Part shown: positions 23,926-33,758 of the stretch, in pieces | Numbering within the stretch: position 1 is the stretch's first letter | How the letters are laid out: every line of letters starts with the position of its first letter | Source: Deinococcales bacterium | GTDB taxonomy: Bacteria > Deinococcota > Deinococci > Deinococcales > JAAFIG01 | DNA: 34,107 bases | Assembly: GCA_031414595.1 (NCBI GenBank) | Contig: JANNVX010000073.1 | Span: 1-34,107, forward strand | Direction of reading: 5' to 3' | The notes under the pieces: model-generated | Databases searched by the model: none | The model's input: the letters and a program-made list of their open reading frames with translations, nothing else | Told to the model about the DNA's origin: nothing | Program-made: the position numbers and the translations under genes

Positions 23926-24747
23926 ATGGAAACTCAGAAAGACAAGTATTATTTTGATTATCTTTTAAGTCAGCATAAAATCTACTCGGAAGAAGTTCGT
24001 TTATACCTTGGTTTTGCAGCAGCTTCGCTGGTTGCTTTTACTACAATAATTGGATTTATGTTCAACATTAGTAAATCAGATAATTTCCTTGCTATCTCAA
24101 TTCCAGTGGTCATTGGTTTGTATGGTTCGTTTTTATTTTTATGGTTTTATAATATTTTGCTACTTAATTTTCAAATTCGCGAGTTTGAAATAGAAATTTG
24201 TGTATTCTCAAGTAAAAAGAAATCTCCATCTTTTATTGAAGTACGAAGTAATGAGCCTTATCTCTCAAGACGAGAGTTTTTTACATTTCTGTTATCTGTG
24301 GTAACACTTGTTTTTGTAGTTCTTTATTCAACTTCTTTAGCTTTTGGATCTAAAAAAATGACAAATTTTTTAACTATTCTACAAATATATAACGAAACAT
24401 CGGCTTTTTTGCTTACCTTTTTTGCAATTATTTTAGTTCTATTGTGTTTTTATACTTATTTTTATGAATATAAGTTTAGCAAAGAAGGCTCGTACAAAAT
24501 TATTATCTATGTATTTACCATATCTTTATTTTTTAGTTTGAGTTTAAATCATTTTTTTAGTATAGAAAATATCCAAAATGGAATTCAATTTGGCGCTTCA
24601 TTGGTAAACAGTCAGTTATTTTTATACTTCGCGTGGAGAGGTTTTGAAGGTTACAAATTAAAAAAATCTAAATACTTAGTAAAATATAAAAATAATGTAA
24701 AAGCAACCATAAGACGATGCCGCAAAAATACAAAAATACAAAATTGA
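23926..24747 (+). CDS. Hypothetical multi-pass membrane protein, very AT-rich
   Basis: About six hydrophobic segments and a Lys-rich tail. GAGG RBS before ATG 23926. No CTCGAG site seen. Confidence 0.75.
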   Translation: METQKDKYYFDYLLSQHKIYSEEVRLYLGFAAASLVAFTTIIGFMFNISKSDNFLAISIPVVIGLYGSFLFLWFYNILLLNFQIREFEIEICVFSSKKKSPSFIEVRSNEPYLSRREFFTFLLSVVTLVFVVLYSTSLAFGSKKMTNFLTILQIYNETSAFLLTFFAIILVLLCFYTYFYEYKFSKEGSYKIIIYVFTISLFFSLSLNHFFSIENIQNGIQFGASLVNSQLFLYFAWRGFEGYKLKKSKYLVKYKNNVKATIRRCRKNTKIQN

Positions 24748-24782
24748 ATTATATAGAGCTAGAATTCCATCGGAGTCCTTAA

Positions 24783-26027
24783 ATGAATTATCTCGAGTTA
24801 CAACAAAAAATCCTCCCCGAACTTCATCTTCTTGCCACCAAAGCTGGGGTGGAAAACGCTAAAGACCTCGAAAAAGAGGCTTTGGTACTGGCTATTCTCG
24901 AGAAACACGCGCTTGAGGACGGGTTTAGTCTGGCGCAGGGGTTTTTAGAAATCTCCGAGGATGGTTATGGCTTCCTGCAAGATAGTTTGCTCACCCCTGA
25001 ATCCAGAAACGTGATTGTTTCGGCTGGCTTAATTAAGCAGTTCCAACTTCGCACCGGCGATTATGTGGTTGGCGTGGCACGTCCGAGTAAAGAAATCGAG
25101 CGTTTTAACTCGATGATTCGGGTTGAAGCGGTCAATTCCCAAGACCCTGCTGCCGCCGCCCTGCGTCCCAAATTCGATGACCTGATTCCCGAACATCCAG
25201 ACAGCCAAATTATTCTCGAGACCGATGCGGCTACTGTTGCCTCGAGGGTCGTGGATTTACTCGCCCCAATTGGTCGAGGGCAGCGTGGGCTGATTGTCGC
25301 GCCGCCCAAAGCGGGTAAGACTACCCTTCTAAAGCGAATTGCCAACAGCATCACCGCCAATCACCCAGAAATTAAAGTGATTGTGCTACTGGTAGACGAG
25401 CGCCCCGAAGAAGTCACCGATTTTAGGGAGAGTACCACTGCCGAAGTCGTAGCAAGTACCTTCGATGAGCCACCAGAGAACCATGTGCGGGTTGCCGAGT
25501 TTGTCCATGAACGCGCCCGCCGCATTGTCGAAGAAGGCGGTCATGTTGTTATCCTGCTCGACAGCATCACGCGCTTGGCTCGAGCGAATAATCTGGTCAC
25601 GCCAGCCACAGGGCGCACCCTGTCGGGTGGTTTGGACAGCAACGCGCTCTATTTCCCAAAGCGTTTTTTGGGGGCTGCCCGTAAAATCCGTGACGGTGGC
25701 AGCTTAACCATTTTGGCAACTGCCTTAGTCGAAACTGGCTCGAGAATGGATGATGTGATTTTCGAGGAATTCAAAGGCACAGGCAATATGGAACTCCATT
25801 TAAGCCGCCGTCTCGAGGAACGCCGAATTTTCCCAGCCATTGATATTCTTAAATCGGGTACGCGCCGCGAAGAATTGCTATTACCCACTGATGTCCTGCA
25901 TAAAATGTGGTTGCTGCGAAAAGTCATTTCTGACATGGATCCCGCTGAGGCAATGGAAATGCTGCTCGAGCGCCTGAACCGCACCGACAGCAACAAAGAA
26001 TTCCTATCGCAACTCGGTGGCGGCTAA
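24783..26027 (+). CDS. rho: Transcription termination factor Rho
   Basis: [65 protein letters not shown]. Confidence 0.98.
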   Translation: MNYLELQQKILPELHLLATKAGVENAKDLEKEALVLAILEKHALEDGFSLAQGFLEISEDGYGFLQDSLLTPESRNVIVSAGLIKQFQLRTGDYVVGVARPSKEIERFNSMIRVEAVNSQDPAAAALRPKFDDLIPEHPDSQIILETDAATVASRVVDLLAPIGRGQRGLIVAPPKAGKTTLLKRIANSITANHPEIKVIVLLVDERPEEVTDFRESTTAEVVASTFDEPPENHVRVAEFVHERARRIVEEGGHVVILLDSITRLARANNLVTPATGRTLSGGLDSNALYFPKRFLGAARKIRDGGSLTILATALVETGSRMDDVIFEEFKGTGNMELHLSRRLEERRIFPAIDILKSGTRREELLLPTDVLHKMWLLRKVISDMDPAEAMEMLLERLNRTDSNKEFLSQLGGG

Positions 26028-26085
26028 AACAGCCCCTAAACCGCTCTGAGCCTCCGAAAGACGGATAATCTCGGCGGCTCGAGGT

Positions 26086-27384
26086 TTATTTTTTAGCAGG
26101 GTCGTCATCGCGTAAAGGTTTTGTCCAACGAATACCGACATTAGATAAATCGCCCAAGGCATTGTCGCCTTCTGGTTTTTTGCCTGTGTCCACCCATTTT
26201 ACAAGGTCAGAAAACCCTTCAATCACTTCGGCATCGGTAAACTCGCAATGTCCCGGACGACGAATAAAGCGTTGCACCAACAAATCCCCTCGCCCTCGAG
26301 ACTCGACTTTTTGACGGTATGAAACCTGCATATTGACAGGCACAAGTGCGTCACCTGTGGTGTGGTAACTCATGACTGGCACAAAAATACGCCCGCTTGG
26401 AATCCCGTACCAATAGCGCCCCTCGAGAATACGGGCTTCGGAATTGGCAGTCACTCGACGGATATTTTTGTTCAGCACAGCCGCATCCAAACCCAGATTT
26501 GGGTCTATGCGGTACTCAACCCCAAGATTGGTCGTGACTTGTTTATCGATGTTGTGATTAAAGACACCAAGTCCAGCCCCAACAAATTGTGTGGCATACA
26601 AAGTGATGTCTGGTGAAGACCCTGATAACATCCCCTCGAGACGGTACGGACGTTCACCACCCGAAAGATGTTTAATCACACTGTCAAATTGCTGTCCCTT
26701 GGCGGTGTAGGCTTTTGGTTTACCAAGAATCGGCAATAAACCACCAAAGTATTTTTCAAAGAAAAAATCAACCAGATTGGCTGTGGCAATAGACTGACCA
26801 TTCAAGGACAGATTAACCCCAGAAATGTACTCACCGACCAAAGCATACGATAAAAAATAGTCAAATAACTCGAGTCCAGTCATCACCCCACAAAGCGGCA
26901 TTGCCCCAGCGTAAAAAATTGGAAAATTGCCAAGGCTGTCTGTCACCACATTGCCACCCATTGAGCCACCCACAATAAATATTCGTTTGGGCTTGGCGAC
27001 ACTGCTGGCAAAAAATTCGGCAAGGTCTTTGGTTTCGTCTGCACCCTGACGCACCGCCCAGCCATTGGCACTAAAACTCGAGCTTGCCCAAGCAAAACCA
27101 TTGTCAATAAACCATTTGCGAATTGGAATAAAATCGGCGTTCAGTTCAGGGTTCAGCCCCTTATTGCCGTGGGCGTACATCACCAAGTCGCCATTCCAAG
27201 TATTTGGCAACTCCATTCGGTAGGCGTACTGTCCTGCAAAGACCCCGGCTCGAGTGCCAAAAAAAGCCTTGGCATTGGGCAGCGCTGCAAATTTAGGGTC
27301 TACGATATTCCATGAGGCTGGGATTTGGGCATAGGCTAAACTCGAGACAAAGAAAAAAACCGTGACTAAAAAACGAATAAGCAT
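26086..27384 (-). CDS. Secreted alpha/beta hydrolase (tannase/esterase-like)
   Basis: Signal peptide from ATG 27384, WNGDLVMYAHG, GGSMGG, HTTGD, GHCEF. Confidence 0.8.
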   Translation of the reverse strand: MLIRFLVTVFFFVSSLAYAQIPASWNIVDPKFAALPNAKAFFGTRAGVFAGQYAYRMELPNTWNGDLVMYAHGNKGLNPELNADFIPIRKWFIDNGFAWASSSFSANGWAVRQGADETKDLAEFFASSVAKPKRIFIVGGSMGGNVVTDSLGNFPIFYAGAMPLCGVMTGLELFDYFLSYALVGEYISGVNLSLNGQSIATANLVDFFFEKYFGGLLPILGKPKAYTAKGQQFDSVIKHLSGGERPYRLEGMLSGSSPDITLYATQFVGAGLGVFNHNIDKQVTTNLGVEYRIDPNLGLDAAVLNKNIRRVTANSEARILEGRYWYGIPSGRIFVPVMSYHTTGDALVPVNMQVSYRQKVESRGRGDLLVQRFIRRPGHCEFTDAEVIEGFSDLVKWVDTGKKPEGDNALGDLSNVGIRWTKPLRDDDPAKK

Positions 27385-27461
27385 AAATACAGTATGCCCT
27401 ACAAAAACAAAAAAAGATGAAACTCGAGCTACAAAGCCTCGAGTTTCAAGGTTAAACCACA

Positions 27462-28403
27462 TTAAGCTGTAAAAATAGAATCGAGTTTATCCACAACACT
27501 GCTGTCTAAAACCAAATCCTTAGCCGCTAGGCTCTCGGACAGTTGTTCTGGTTTGGTTGCCCCAACAATTGCACTCGAGACGGCTGAGGTTCGTAGCGCC
27601 CACGCCAGCACCAAAGCAGTACGGGTAATGCCGAGGTCATCGGCAATTGGTTTTAATGTCCGTACTTTTTCGATGATTTCTGGGGTGTAGAGTTCGCGTC
27701 CAATTTTGGTTTCGGTCAGTCTCGAGCCACTGACTTCGCCCGCGTCGAACTTACCAGTCAATACACCCATGCCAAGTGGCGACCAGATAACCAAACCAAT
27801 CCCATGCTTGGTGGTGGTTGGAATAATTTCTTTTTCGACTCGAGACCGAAAAGCAAGGCTGTAATGTGGTTGCTCCACCACTGGTGCAACCAAGCCATTT
27901 TCTTTTGCCAGCAGCACGGCTGCCTCAATTTGCTCACCTGTCCATTCTGAAGTTCCCCAGTACAAAATTTTGCCCATTCGCACAAGGTCGGTCATGGCGT
28001 TGACCGTTTCCTCGAGTGGGGTCTCTAAATCATAACGATGACAAAAATATAAGTCCAAGTAATCCGTGCCGAGGCGTTTTAAGCTGCCGTCTACGCTCTG
28101 CATGATGTGCTTGCGCGACAAACCACGGTCATTTGGGTCTTCGGACATGTTCCAGTAGCATTTGCTCGAGATAACAAGGTTATTGCGGTTCTGGTCTTGC
28201 AAAATTTTACCCATCAGCTTTTCGGATTCGCCTTTGGCATAAATATCAGCTTGGTCAAAGAAATTAACCCCGCCATCTATGGCGAGTTCAATAATGCTTC
28301 GTGCCAGCGCTTCGTCGGTGACGCTTCCACCAAAAGTTGTCCAACCACCAAGGGCAATTCGAGAGATTTTTAAGCCACTGCTGCCAAGTCGTCTGTATTC
28401 CAT
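27462..28403 (-). CDS. Aldo/keto reductase (Kv-beta-like)
   Basis: MEYRRLGSSGLKIS, FFDQADIY, GLSRKHI, DLYFCHR, YWGTSEW. Confidence 0.95.
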   Translation of the reverse strand: MEYRRLGSSGLKISRIALGGWTTFGGSVTDEALARSIIELAIDGGVNFFDQADIYAKGESEKLMGKILQDQNRNNLVISSKCYWNMSEDPNDRGLSRKHIMQSVDGSLKRLGTDYLDLYFCHRYDLETPLEETVNAMTDLVRMGKILYWGTSEWTGEQIEAAVLLAKENGLVAPVVEQPHYSLAFRSRVEKEIIPTTTKHGIGLVIWSPLGMGVLTGKFDAGEVSGSRLTETKIGRELYTPEIIEKVRTLKPIADDLGITRTALVLAWALRTSAVSSAIVGATKPEQLSESLAAKDLVLDSSVVDKLDSIFTA

Positions 28404-28441
28404 AGAAAAATAGTCTAACCTCGGGAACGCAAATCCAAGTG

Positions 28442-29371
28442 CTACTTAGGCAACGAAAAAGAGGTATCCAAAACTGCAAGCGCCGCTTCCCTCGCCGTAA
28501 TCCGCCCCGCACTAATCTGTTCGAGCAAGGCTTGCTCACTATTTTTAGCTCGAGTACGGGCTTCTTCTTGAATCGCAGCGTTTAATTCAAATCTGGCTCG
28601 CTCGAGCCGACGCACCCGCAAGCCTTCTAAACCAAGATGCACCCGATGGGTTTCGACTGCCGCCAGCAATTCGGCAATGCCTTTTTGCTGACTGCCAATG
28701 GTTTGCAGAATTGGCGCAAACCAAGTGTTCTCGTCGTGCGCCCCCAGTTCTTGGGCGGCTCGAATTTCGCGCATTAAACGTTCTGCGCCCGGTAAATCGG
28801 CTTTATTGACCACAAAGACATCGGCAATTTCCATAATTCCAGCTTTGAACGCCTGAACCGCGTCGCCACCGGCTGGGGTCAGTACCAAGACCGTATGGTC
28901 GGCAACACTGGCAATGTCCACCTCCGATTGCCCCACACCAACCGTCTCGAGAAAAACATACTCAAAACCAAACGCCTCGAGCAGCGCCAGCACACTGACG
29001 GTAGTTTTAGCTAAACCGCCCAATGTCCCACGGCTTGCCATGCTGCGAACAAAGACCCCTGTATCTTGGTAATGCCGTCCCATGCGGATTCGGTCGCCAA
29101 GAATTGCCCCACCGCTAAACGGACTGCTCGGGTCAATACAAAGCACCGCCACTCGAGAACCAGCCGCTCGACAAGCCGTTATGAGCGCGTCGGTTAAGGT
29201 ACTTTTACCAGCCCCCGGCGCACCAGTCATGCCAATCACAAGGGTCTGAGAACCTTGGCGCTGAGTACGCAAATCAGACAATAATTCAAAACCACGCGGG
29301 TCAGCCGATTCGACTAGCGTGATGGCTCGAGCCAGAGAGCGGATATTGCCTTCTAAAAAAGATTGGAGCAT
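28442..29371 (-). CDS. meaB: Methylmalonyl-CoA mutase-associated GTPase
   Basis: GAPGAGKST, DPSSPFSGGAILGDRIRM, ETVGVGQSE, KAGIMEIAD, NKAD. Confidence 0.95.
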   Translation of the reverse strand: MLQSFLEGNIRSLARAITLVESADPRGFELLSDLRTQRQGSQTLVIGMTGAPGAGKSTLTDALITACRAAGSRVAVLCIDPSSPFSGGAILGDRIRMGRHYQDTGVFVRSMASRGTLGGLAKTTVSVLALLEAFGFEYVFLETVGVGQSEVDIASVADHTVLVLTPAGGDAVQAFKAGIMEIADVFVVNKADLPGAERLMREIRAAQELGAHDENTWFAPILQTIGSQQKGIAELLAAVETHRVHLGLEGLRVRRLERARFELNAAIQEEARTRAKNSEQALLEQISAGRITAREAALAVLDTSFSLPK

Positions 29372-29385
29372 TGCCTAATAGTAAT

Positions 29386-29823
29386 TTATTTAACCCGAAC
29401 CCGTGAGCTTTCGGCATTGGCATGAAAATCTAGGTATTTAAGCCAAGCCCTTGGGCTTAAATCGCCCATCATATTATGGGCAACTTTACCGCTTGCCGAC
29501 TCGAGAAAGGGGGTCAAAGTCACAAGTTCACGCCGCACATCCTTAAAATCGGTCAGCAAAACATTCCACGCTACCGTTTCGGGCGGATAGTGGTCTTTAC
29601 TTGAATCCATCTGCAAAGGTTTTTCGCCCAAAAGCATCCGCAAACGGTTCAAACCCCAACGTTCGATTGCCACGATATGCCGCAGAATCCGCCGCGAGGT
29701 TGGTGTATCTCCAGCCCGTTCAAAATAAGCCTCGAGTTTTGCGCCGTTGTCCCTAAGTTTACCAGCATAGGTAGCGAATGGGATTGTATTCTCGAGGAAA
29801 AGCGGCGCGAAGAACTTAATCAT
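29386..29823 (-). CDS. DinB family protein
   Basis: His pattern 'LRHIVAIE...HNMMGDLSPRAWLKYLDFH'. Confidence 0.7.
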   Translation of the reverse strand: MIKFFAPLFLENTIPFATYAGKLRDNGAKLEAYFERAGDTPTSRRILRHIVAIERWGLNRLRMLLGEKPLQMDSSKDHYPPETVAWNVLLTDFKDVRRELVTLTPFLESASGKVAHNMMGDLSPRAWLKYLDFHANAESSRVRVK

Positions 29824-29980
29824 AATTAACTGTAACCCAAAGCCAGAACGGGTGTTGTAGCAAGTACGTCATTTAGAATGATGGGCGTGGGTCTAGTAGG
29901 TCATTGGGTTTGCAAAGCATCTTTAGAAATACTCAAAAATTATGTTTAGCACATGATGGCTAAGAGCTAACAACCAGAAG

Positions 29981-31012
29981 CTAGTCGCTGAACCATAATC
30001 CTCGCGTCATCCGACTTGGTAACAATGGACCCTCAAAAATAAACCCACTGTACAGTTGCACCAAAGCCGCACCAGCCTCAAGCCTCGCTTTGGCATCGGT
30101 GGCACTGGCAACCCCACCGACGGAAATAATGGGGATTTTATGTTCAAGCTGCCGAACAAGGTAATGCAGTACCTCGAGCGAACGGTTTTTGAGCGGTTGC
30201 CCAGACAACCCACCTGTTTCTAAACTTGGGGTTTTTAGTCCATCTCGAGCCGTGGTGGTGTTTGTGGCAATTATGGCTGCAATGCCATGTGCAATTGCAA
30301 TTTCAAGGATTTCATCAATCTGAGACCAGGTTAAATCAGGGGCGATTTTTAAGGCAATCGGTTTGGGGGTTGTTTGGATTCGAGCAAAACCCATCACGGT
30401 ACTCAGTAATTCTTCGAGTGGGGCGCGGTCTTGGAGTTGTCGTAAGTTTGGCGTGTTTGGACTCGAGACATTCAAAACAAAATAATCACCATATGCCCAA
30501 AGTTTAGTCAGGCTGTCCAAGTAATCTTGTGGGGCATGCTCGAGCGGCGTGATTTTAGATTTACCAAGGTTAATCCCAAGCGGCACTTTTGGTTTTCCGT
30601 GGGTGTGCTGCCAAAGTTCAAGTCGGGCGGCAATCACACTTGCACCATGGTTATTAAAACCCATGCGGTTGATTAGGGCATCATCTTCGGGCAATCGAAA
30701 CAAGCGTGGTTTTTCGTTGCCAGATTGGGCGTGGGCTGTGACACTGCCAATTTCCACAAAGCCAAACCCCAAAGCCGCCCATATTGGTAAGGCAAGCCCA
30801 TTTTTGTCCAGTCCTGCGGCTAATCCAATCGCATTCGGAAACCTTAAACCCATGCACTGAACCTCAAGTTTTGGGTTGGTCACGCGGCAAAAGCGTTGGG
30901 TTTGCTCGAGTAAAAAATGTTGACGAGCCACAAATTCAAGTAAGCGCATCACTTGGTCATGAACTTGCTCGGCATCTACTGAAAAAAGCAAAGGTTTTAG
31001 CAGCCCGTACAT
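29981..31012 (-). CDS. pyrD: Quinone-dependent dihydroorotate dehydrogenase
   Basis: GLAAGLDKNG, GN.KPRLFRL, INRMGFNN, NVSSPNTPNLR, KIAPDL, TNTT, GGLSG. Confidence 0.97.
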   Translation of the reverse strand: MYGLLKPLLFSVDAEQVHDQVMRLLEFVARQHFLLEQTQRFCRVTNPKLEVQCMGLRFPNAIGLAAGLDKNGLALPIWAALGFGFVEIGSVTAHAQSGNEKPRLFRLPEDDALINRMGFNNHGASVIAARLELWQHTHGKPKVPLGINLGKSKITPLEHAPQDYLDSLTKLWAYGDYFVLNVSSPNTPNLRQLQDRAPLEELLSTVMGFARIQTTPKPIALKIAPDLTWSQIDEILEIAIAHGIAAIIATNTTTARDGLKTPSLETGGLSGQPLKNRSLEVLHYLVRQLEHKIPIISVGGVASATDAKARLEAGAALVQLYSGFIFEGPLLPSRMTRGLWFSD

Positions 31013-31147
31013 TTAATCCTCAAAGTCGTCTAAACCATGCCACGGGTCAGCTTTGCCAGTGCTACGGTCTGGGCGTAACTCATCATCTGGTTCAGGAATC
31101 GGCTCGAGTAAACCAAGTTCGTCTGGTTTGCTCTCATCTTGGGTCAT
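31013..31147 (-). CDS. Small acidic protein, 44 aa, unannotated
   Basis: MTQDESKPDELGLLEPIPEPDDELRPDRSTGKADPWHGLDDFED*. ATGA overlap with the upstream stop, and its TAA abuts the pyrD ATG. Confidence 0.65.
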   Translation of the reverse strand: MTQDESKPDELGLLEPIPEPDDELRPDRSTGKADPWHGLDDFED

Positions 31148-31575
31148 AAGGAATTCAGTAAACCAAGAATACCATCGCGTTTGACAGCAATGGCGTTGTC
31201 TGAATCGGCTCGAGTATCCAAATTGACCCCAAAAGTCGGTTCGGTTTTTATAAGCAAGGTACTGACCAGGCTTTGAATCTGCTCGAGTTCGGAGCGTTCA
31301 AGCAAACGCTTTTCGTCGGTTAGCTCATCAATATTTGCCATCAGTCCGCTGAGTGGACGCAACCACCCAAAAAAAGGGTCATTGGTGACCAATTGAAACA
31401 TATGAAACGGACCATTGGTTTTCCCATTGAGTTTTTCATAATCGGCTTTGACCGCATCTAACAACAAACTGTGTAACTGACGAAGCTCAATAGCCAAAGC
31501 ATCGAGTTGACCACGCTGTGCTTGTTGCACTGGGTCTACGGGGCGGGTGTCGCGGGTAATACTCACAAATCCCAT
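31144..31575 (-). CDS. Hypothetical helical protein
   Basis: 143-aa ORF in an operon with pyrD. Distinctive stretch 'LH..LLD....YE...FQLVTNDPFFGWLRPLS.L...IDE'. Confidence 0.75.
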   Translation of the reverse strand: MGFVSITRDTRPVDPVQQAQRGQLDALAIELRQLHSLLLDAVKADYEKLNGKTNGPFHMFQLVTNDPFFGWLRPLSGLMANIDELTDEKRLLERSELEQIQSLVSTLLIKTEPTFGVNLDTRADSDNAIAVKRDGILGLLNSL

Positions 31576-31738
31576 TGTAGTCTAAAAATGTGAGCGTTGT
31601 GGGTTAAACCAAGTGCAGCTTACTTGGGCAACCTCGAGAAGTGCCTAGCTTCAAGCATCCTGACTGAAGACACTATAAAAAAATTCCTAGGCATTAGAAG
31701 CTCGGTTAAACTATAATGACCCACAAGAGGTGATGCTT

Positions 31739-32344
31739 ATGGGGTTTATTCAACGATTCATTTTGGTTTTCTTATTTATTTTCGGGTCTGTCTCAGCACA
31801 ATTTTTGTATGACCCAGAACCACCAGCAAATTCGGCGTTTGTTCGCATTGTCAATGGTTTAGATTCTGCACAAAAAGTAGCCTTGGGCGGTCTGATTTTT
31901 GATTCAATTCAGGCACTTTCTGTCACCCCATATCGTGTACTTCCACAAGGCAAACAGATTTTTACTTTGATGGGCAAAAAAACCGAATTGAATTTTATGG
32001 CTCAGAAGTTCTACACCATTGTGGCTCGAGAAGGTAATCCAGTCGTTCTGGAGGACACCACTTCTTCTAAAACAAAGGCATTGATTTCGCTTTATAACCT
32101 TTCACAACTCGAGGTAGTCAGCCTAAAAACTGATGATAATAAGGTGACTGTTATCGCTGATGTTAAGCCCAGTGGGGTTAAGTCCCAGTTTGTGAATGCC
32201 ATTAAAATTGGTTTCTTGGTCGCCCAAAACTCAAAGAAGCTGACAGGATTCCCTGCGGTGCAGCTTGAACGAGGCATGAGTTACAGCGTTTTTGTTTTTA
32301 GCCCAACAAAAGCCATTTGGATGACCAATTCAACTCAAAAGTAG
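31739..32344 (+). CDS. algF: Alginate O-acetyltransferase complex protein, AlgF family
   Basis: Signal peptide, 'LYDPEPPANSAFVRIVN', 'KALISLYNLS'. Adjacent to an algI-like gene. Confidence 0.8.
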   Translation: MGFIQRFILVFLFIFGSVSAQFLYDPEPPANSAFVRIVNGLDSAQKVALGGLIFDSIQALSVTPYRVLPQGKQIFTLMGKKTELNFMAQKFYTIVAREGNPVVLEDTTSSKTKALISLYNLSQLEVVSLKTDDNKVTVIADVKPSGVKSQFVNAIKIGFLVAQNSKKLTGFPAVQLERGMSYSVFVFSPTKAIWMTNSTQK

Positions 32345-32349
32345 TTTTT

Positions 32350-33750
32350 GTGATTTTCACCAGTCATATCTTCCTTTTTGCCTTTCTACCTATTTTTCTG
32401 GGTATTTATTACCTCATTCCAGTAGGGTGGCGTTCCTTTTGGATTCTGATTGCCAGCTATGCTTTTTATGCTTGGTGGCGTTTAGACTTCTTGGTGCTTC
32501 TGGTTGCTATTACCGTCTTTGCCTATTGCACTGCTTTAATACTCGAAAAAGCCCAAAACCAGAAAATCCGTTTCTGGGTACTTTTTATAGCGGTGTCAAG
32601 CAACTTAATGGCATTGGCATATTTTAAGTATGCCAACTTTGGAATCGAAGCTCTGAACGCATTACTCACCTCGTTTGAGGTTCAGGCTTTAAGCTGGACA
32701 TCGGTACTTTTACCAATTGGCTTATCATTTTTTATTTTTCATGCGATCAGCTATCTTGTGGATATTTATCGCAAGGAAGCTCGCCCCGCCAAAAACATCA
32801 TTGATTTTGCGGCTTTTATTGCTTTGTATCCGCATTTGATTGCAGGTCCTGTCTTACGCTATCATTTATTGTCCGAGCAGTTCCGAACTCGAGAATATTC
32901 TTGGGATCGGTTTTCTCGAGGAACAATTCGTTTTATGGCAGGTTTTACAAAAAAAATTCTGCTTGCCGATACTGTTGCGCCACTTGCTGATGCGGTTTTT
33001 CAACTGAGTAATCCAACCCTACTAGATGCTTGGTTGGGTGTTCTTGCCTATGCCATTCAAATCTACTTTGACTTTTCGGGTTATTCGGATATGGCAATTG
33101 GTTTGGCACTGATGATTGGTTTTGAATTCCCAGAAAATTTCAGGCATCCTTACACCAGCCGCTCAATCACCGAATTCTGGCAGCGCTGGCATATTTCATT
33201 ATCGTCATGGTTGCGCGAGTACCTGTATATTCCACTGGGCGGAAACCGCTTTGGTCAACTCCGAACCCATTTTAATCTATTTACCACGATGGTCTTGGGT
33301 GGGCTTTGGCATGGTGCAAATTGGACTTTTATTGTTTGGGGAGCATGGCATGGTGGTATTTTGGTATTTGAACGTATTGCAAAAGAACGTCAAAAGCAAA
33401 CTTTAAGCCATTGGATTACCATTCCACGCACTTTTGTTGTGGTCTTAATTGGTTGGGTATTTTTTCGTTCACAGAATATGGAAGCTGCTATAACTATTTT
33501 AGCTGCAATGGCTGGGCTACAGGGCTTTGGGGTATCTGACAACTTGGCATTCCAGCTAACGGGTTTACAAATAATGATGTTATCTATTGGTGGCATTTTT
33601 ATTGCCATAAGCGCTTGGCTCGAGCAGAAAAGCAGTTTGCAGAAACGACTTCAAGCATTCTATATCCCAATGCTGATGGTACTCTTTTTGCTAAGTATCT
33701 TACGGATGTACGCTCAGAACTACTCGCCATTTTTATATTTCCAATTTTGA
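32350..33750 (+). CDS. algI: MBOAT family O-acetyltransferase (AlgI/DltB-like)
   Basis: FLFAFLP, YFKYANF, LPIGLSFFIF, QIYFDFSGYSDMAIG, FWQRWHISLSSWLREYLYIPLGGNR, GLWHGA, PFLYFQF. Confidence 0.93.
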   Translation: MIFTSHIFLFAFLPIFLGIYYLIPVGWRSFWILIASYAFYAWWRLDFLVLLVAITVFAYCTALILEKAQNQKIRFWVLFIAVSSNLMALAYFKYANFGIEALNALLTSFEVQALSWTSVLLPIGLSFFIFHAISYLVDIYRKEARPAKNIIDFAAFIALYPHLIAGPVLRYHLLSEQFRTREYSWDRFSRGTIRFMAGFTKKILLADTVAPLADAVFQLSNPTLLDAWLGVLAYAIQIYFDFSGYSDMAIGLALMIGFEFPENFRHPYTSRSITEFWQRWHISLSSWLREYLYIPLGGNRFGQLRTHFNLFTTMVLGGLWHGANWTFIVWGAWHGGILVFERIAKERQKQTLSHWITIPRTFVVVLIGWVFFRSQNMEAAITILAAMAGLQGFGVSDNLAFQLTGLQIMMLSIGGIFIAISAWLEQKSSLQKRLQAFYIPMLMVLFLLSILRMYAQNYSPFLYFQF

Positions 33751-33758
33751 GGAGCAAG

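Noticed and set aside
22254-24747. Classical integron with attC sites
   Set aside because: No tyrosine recombinase is present and I could not see RYYYAAC/GTTRRRY boxes at the cassette ends. Kept only as a repeat-delimited array.
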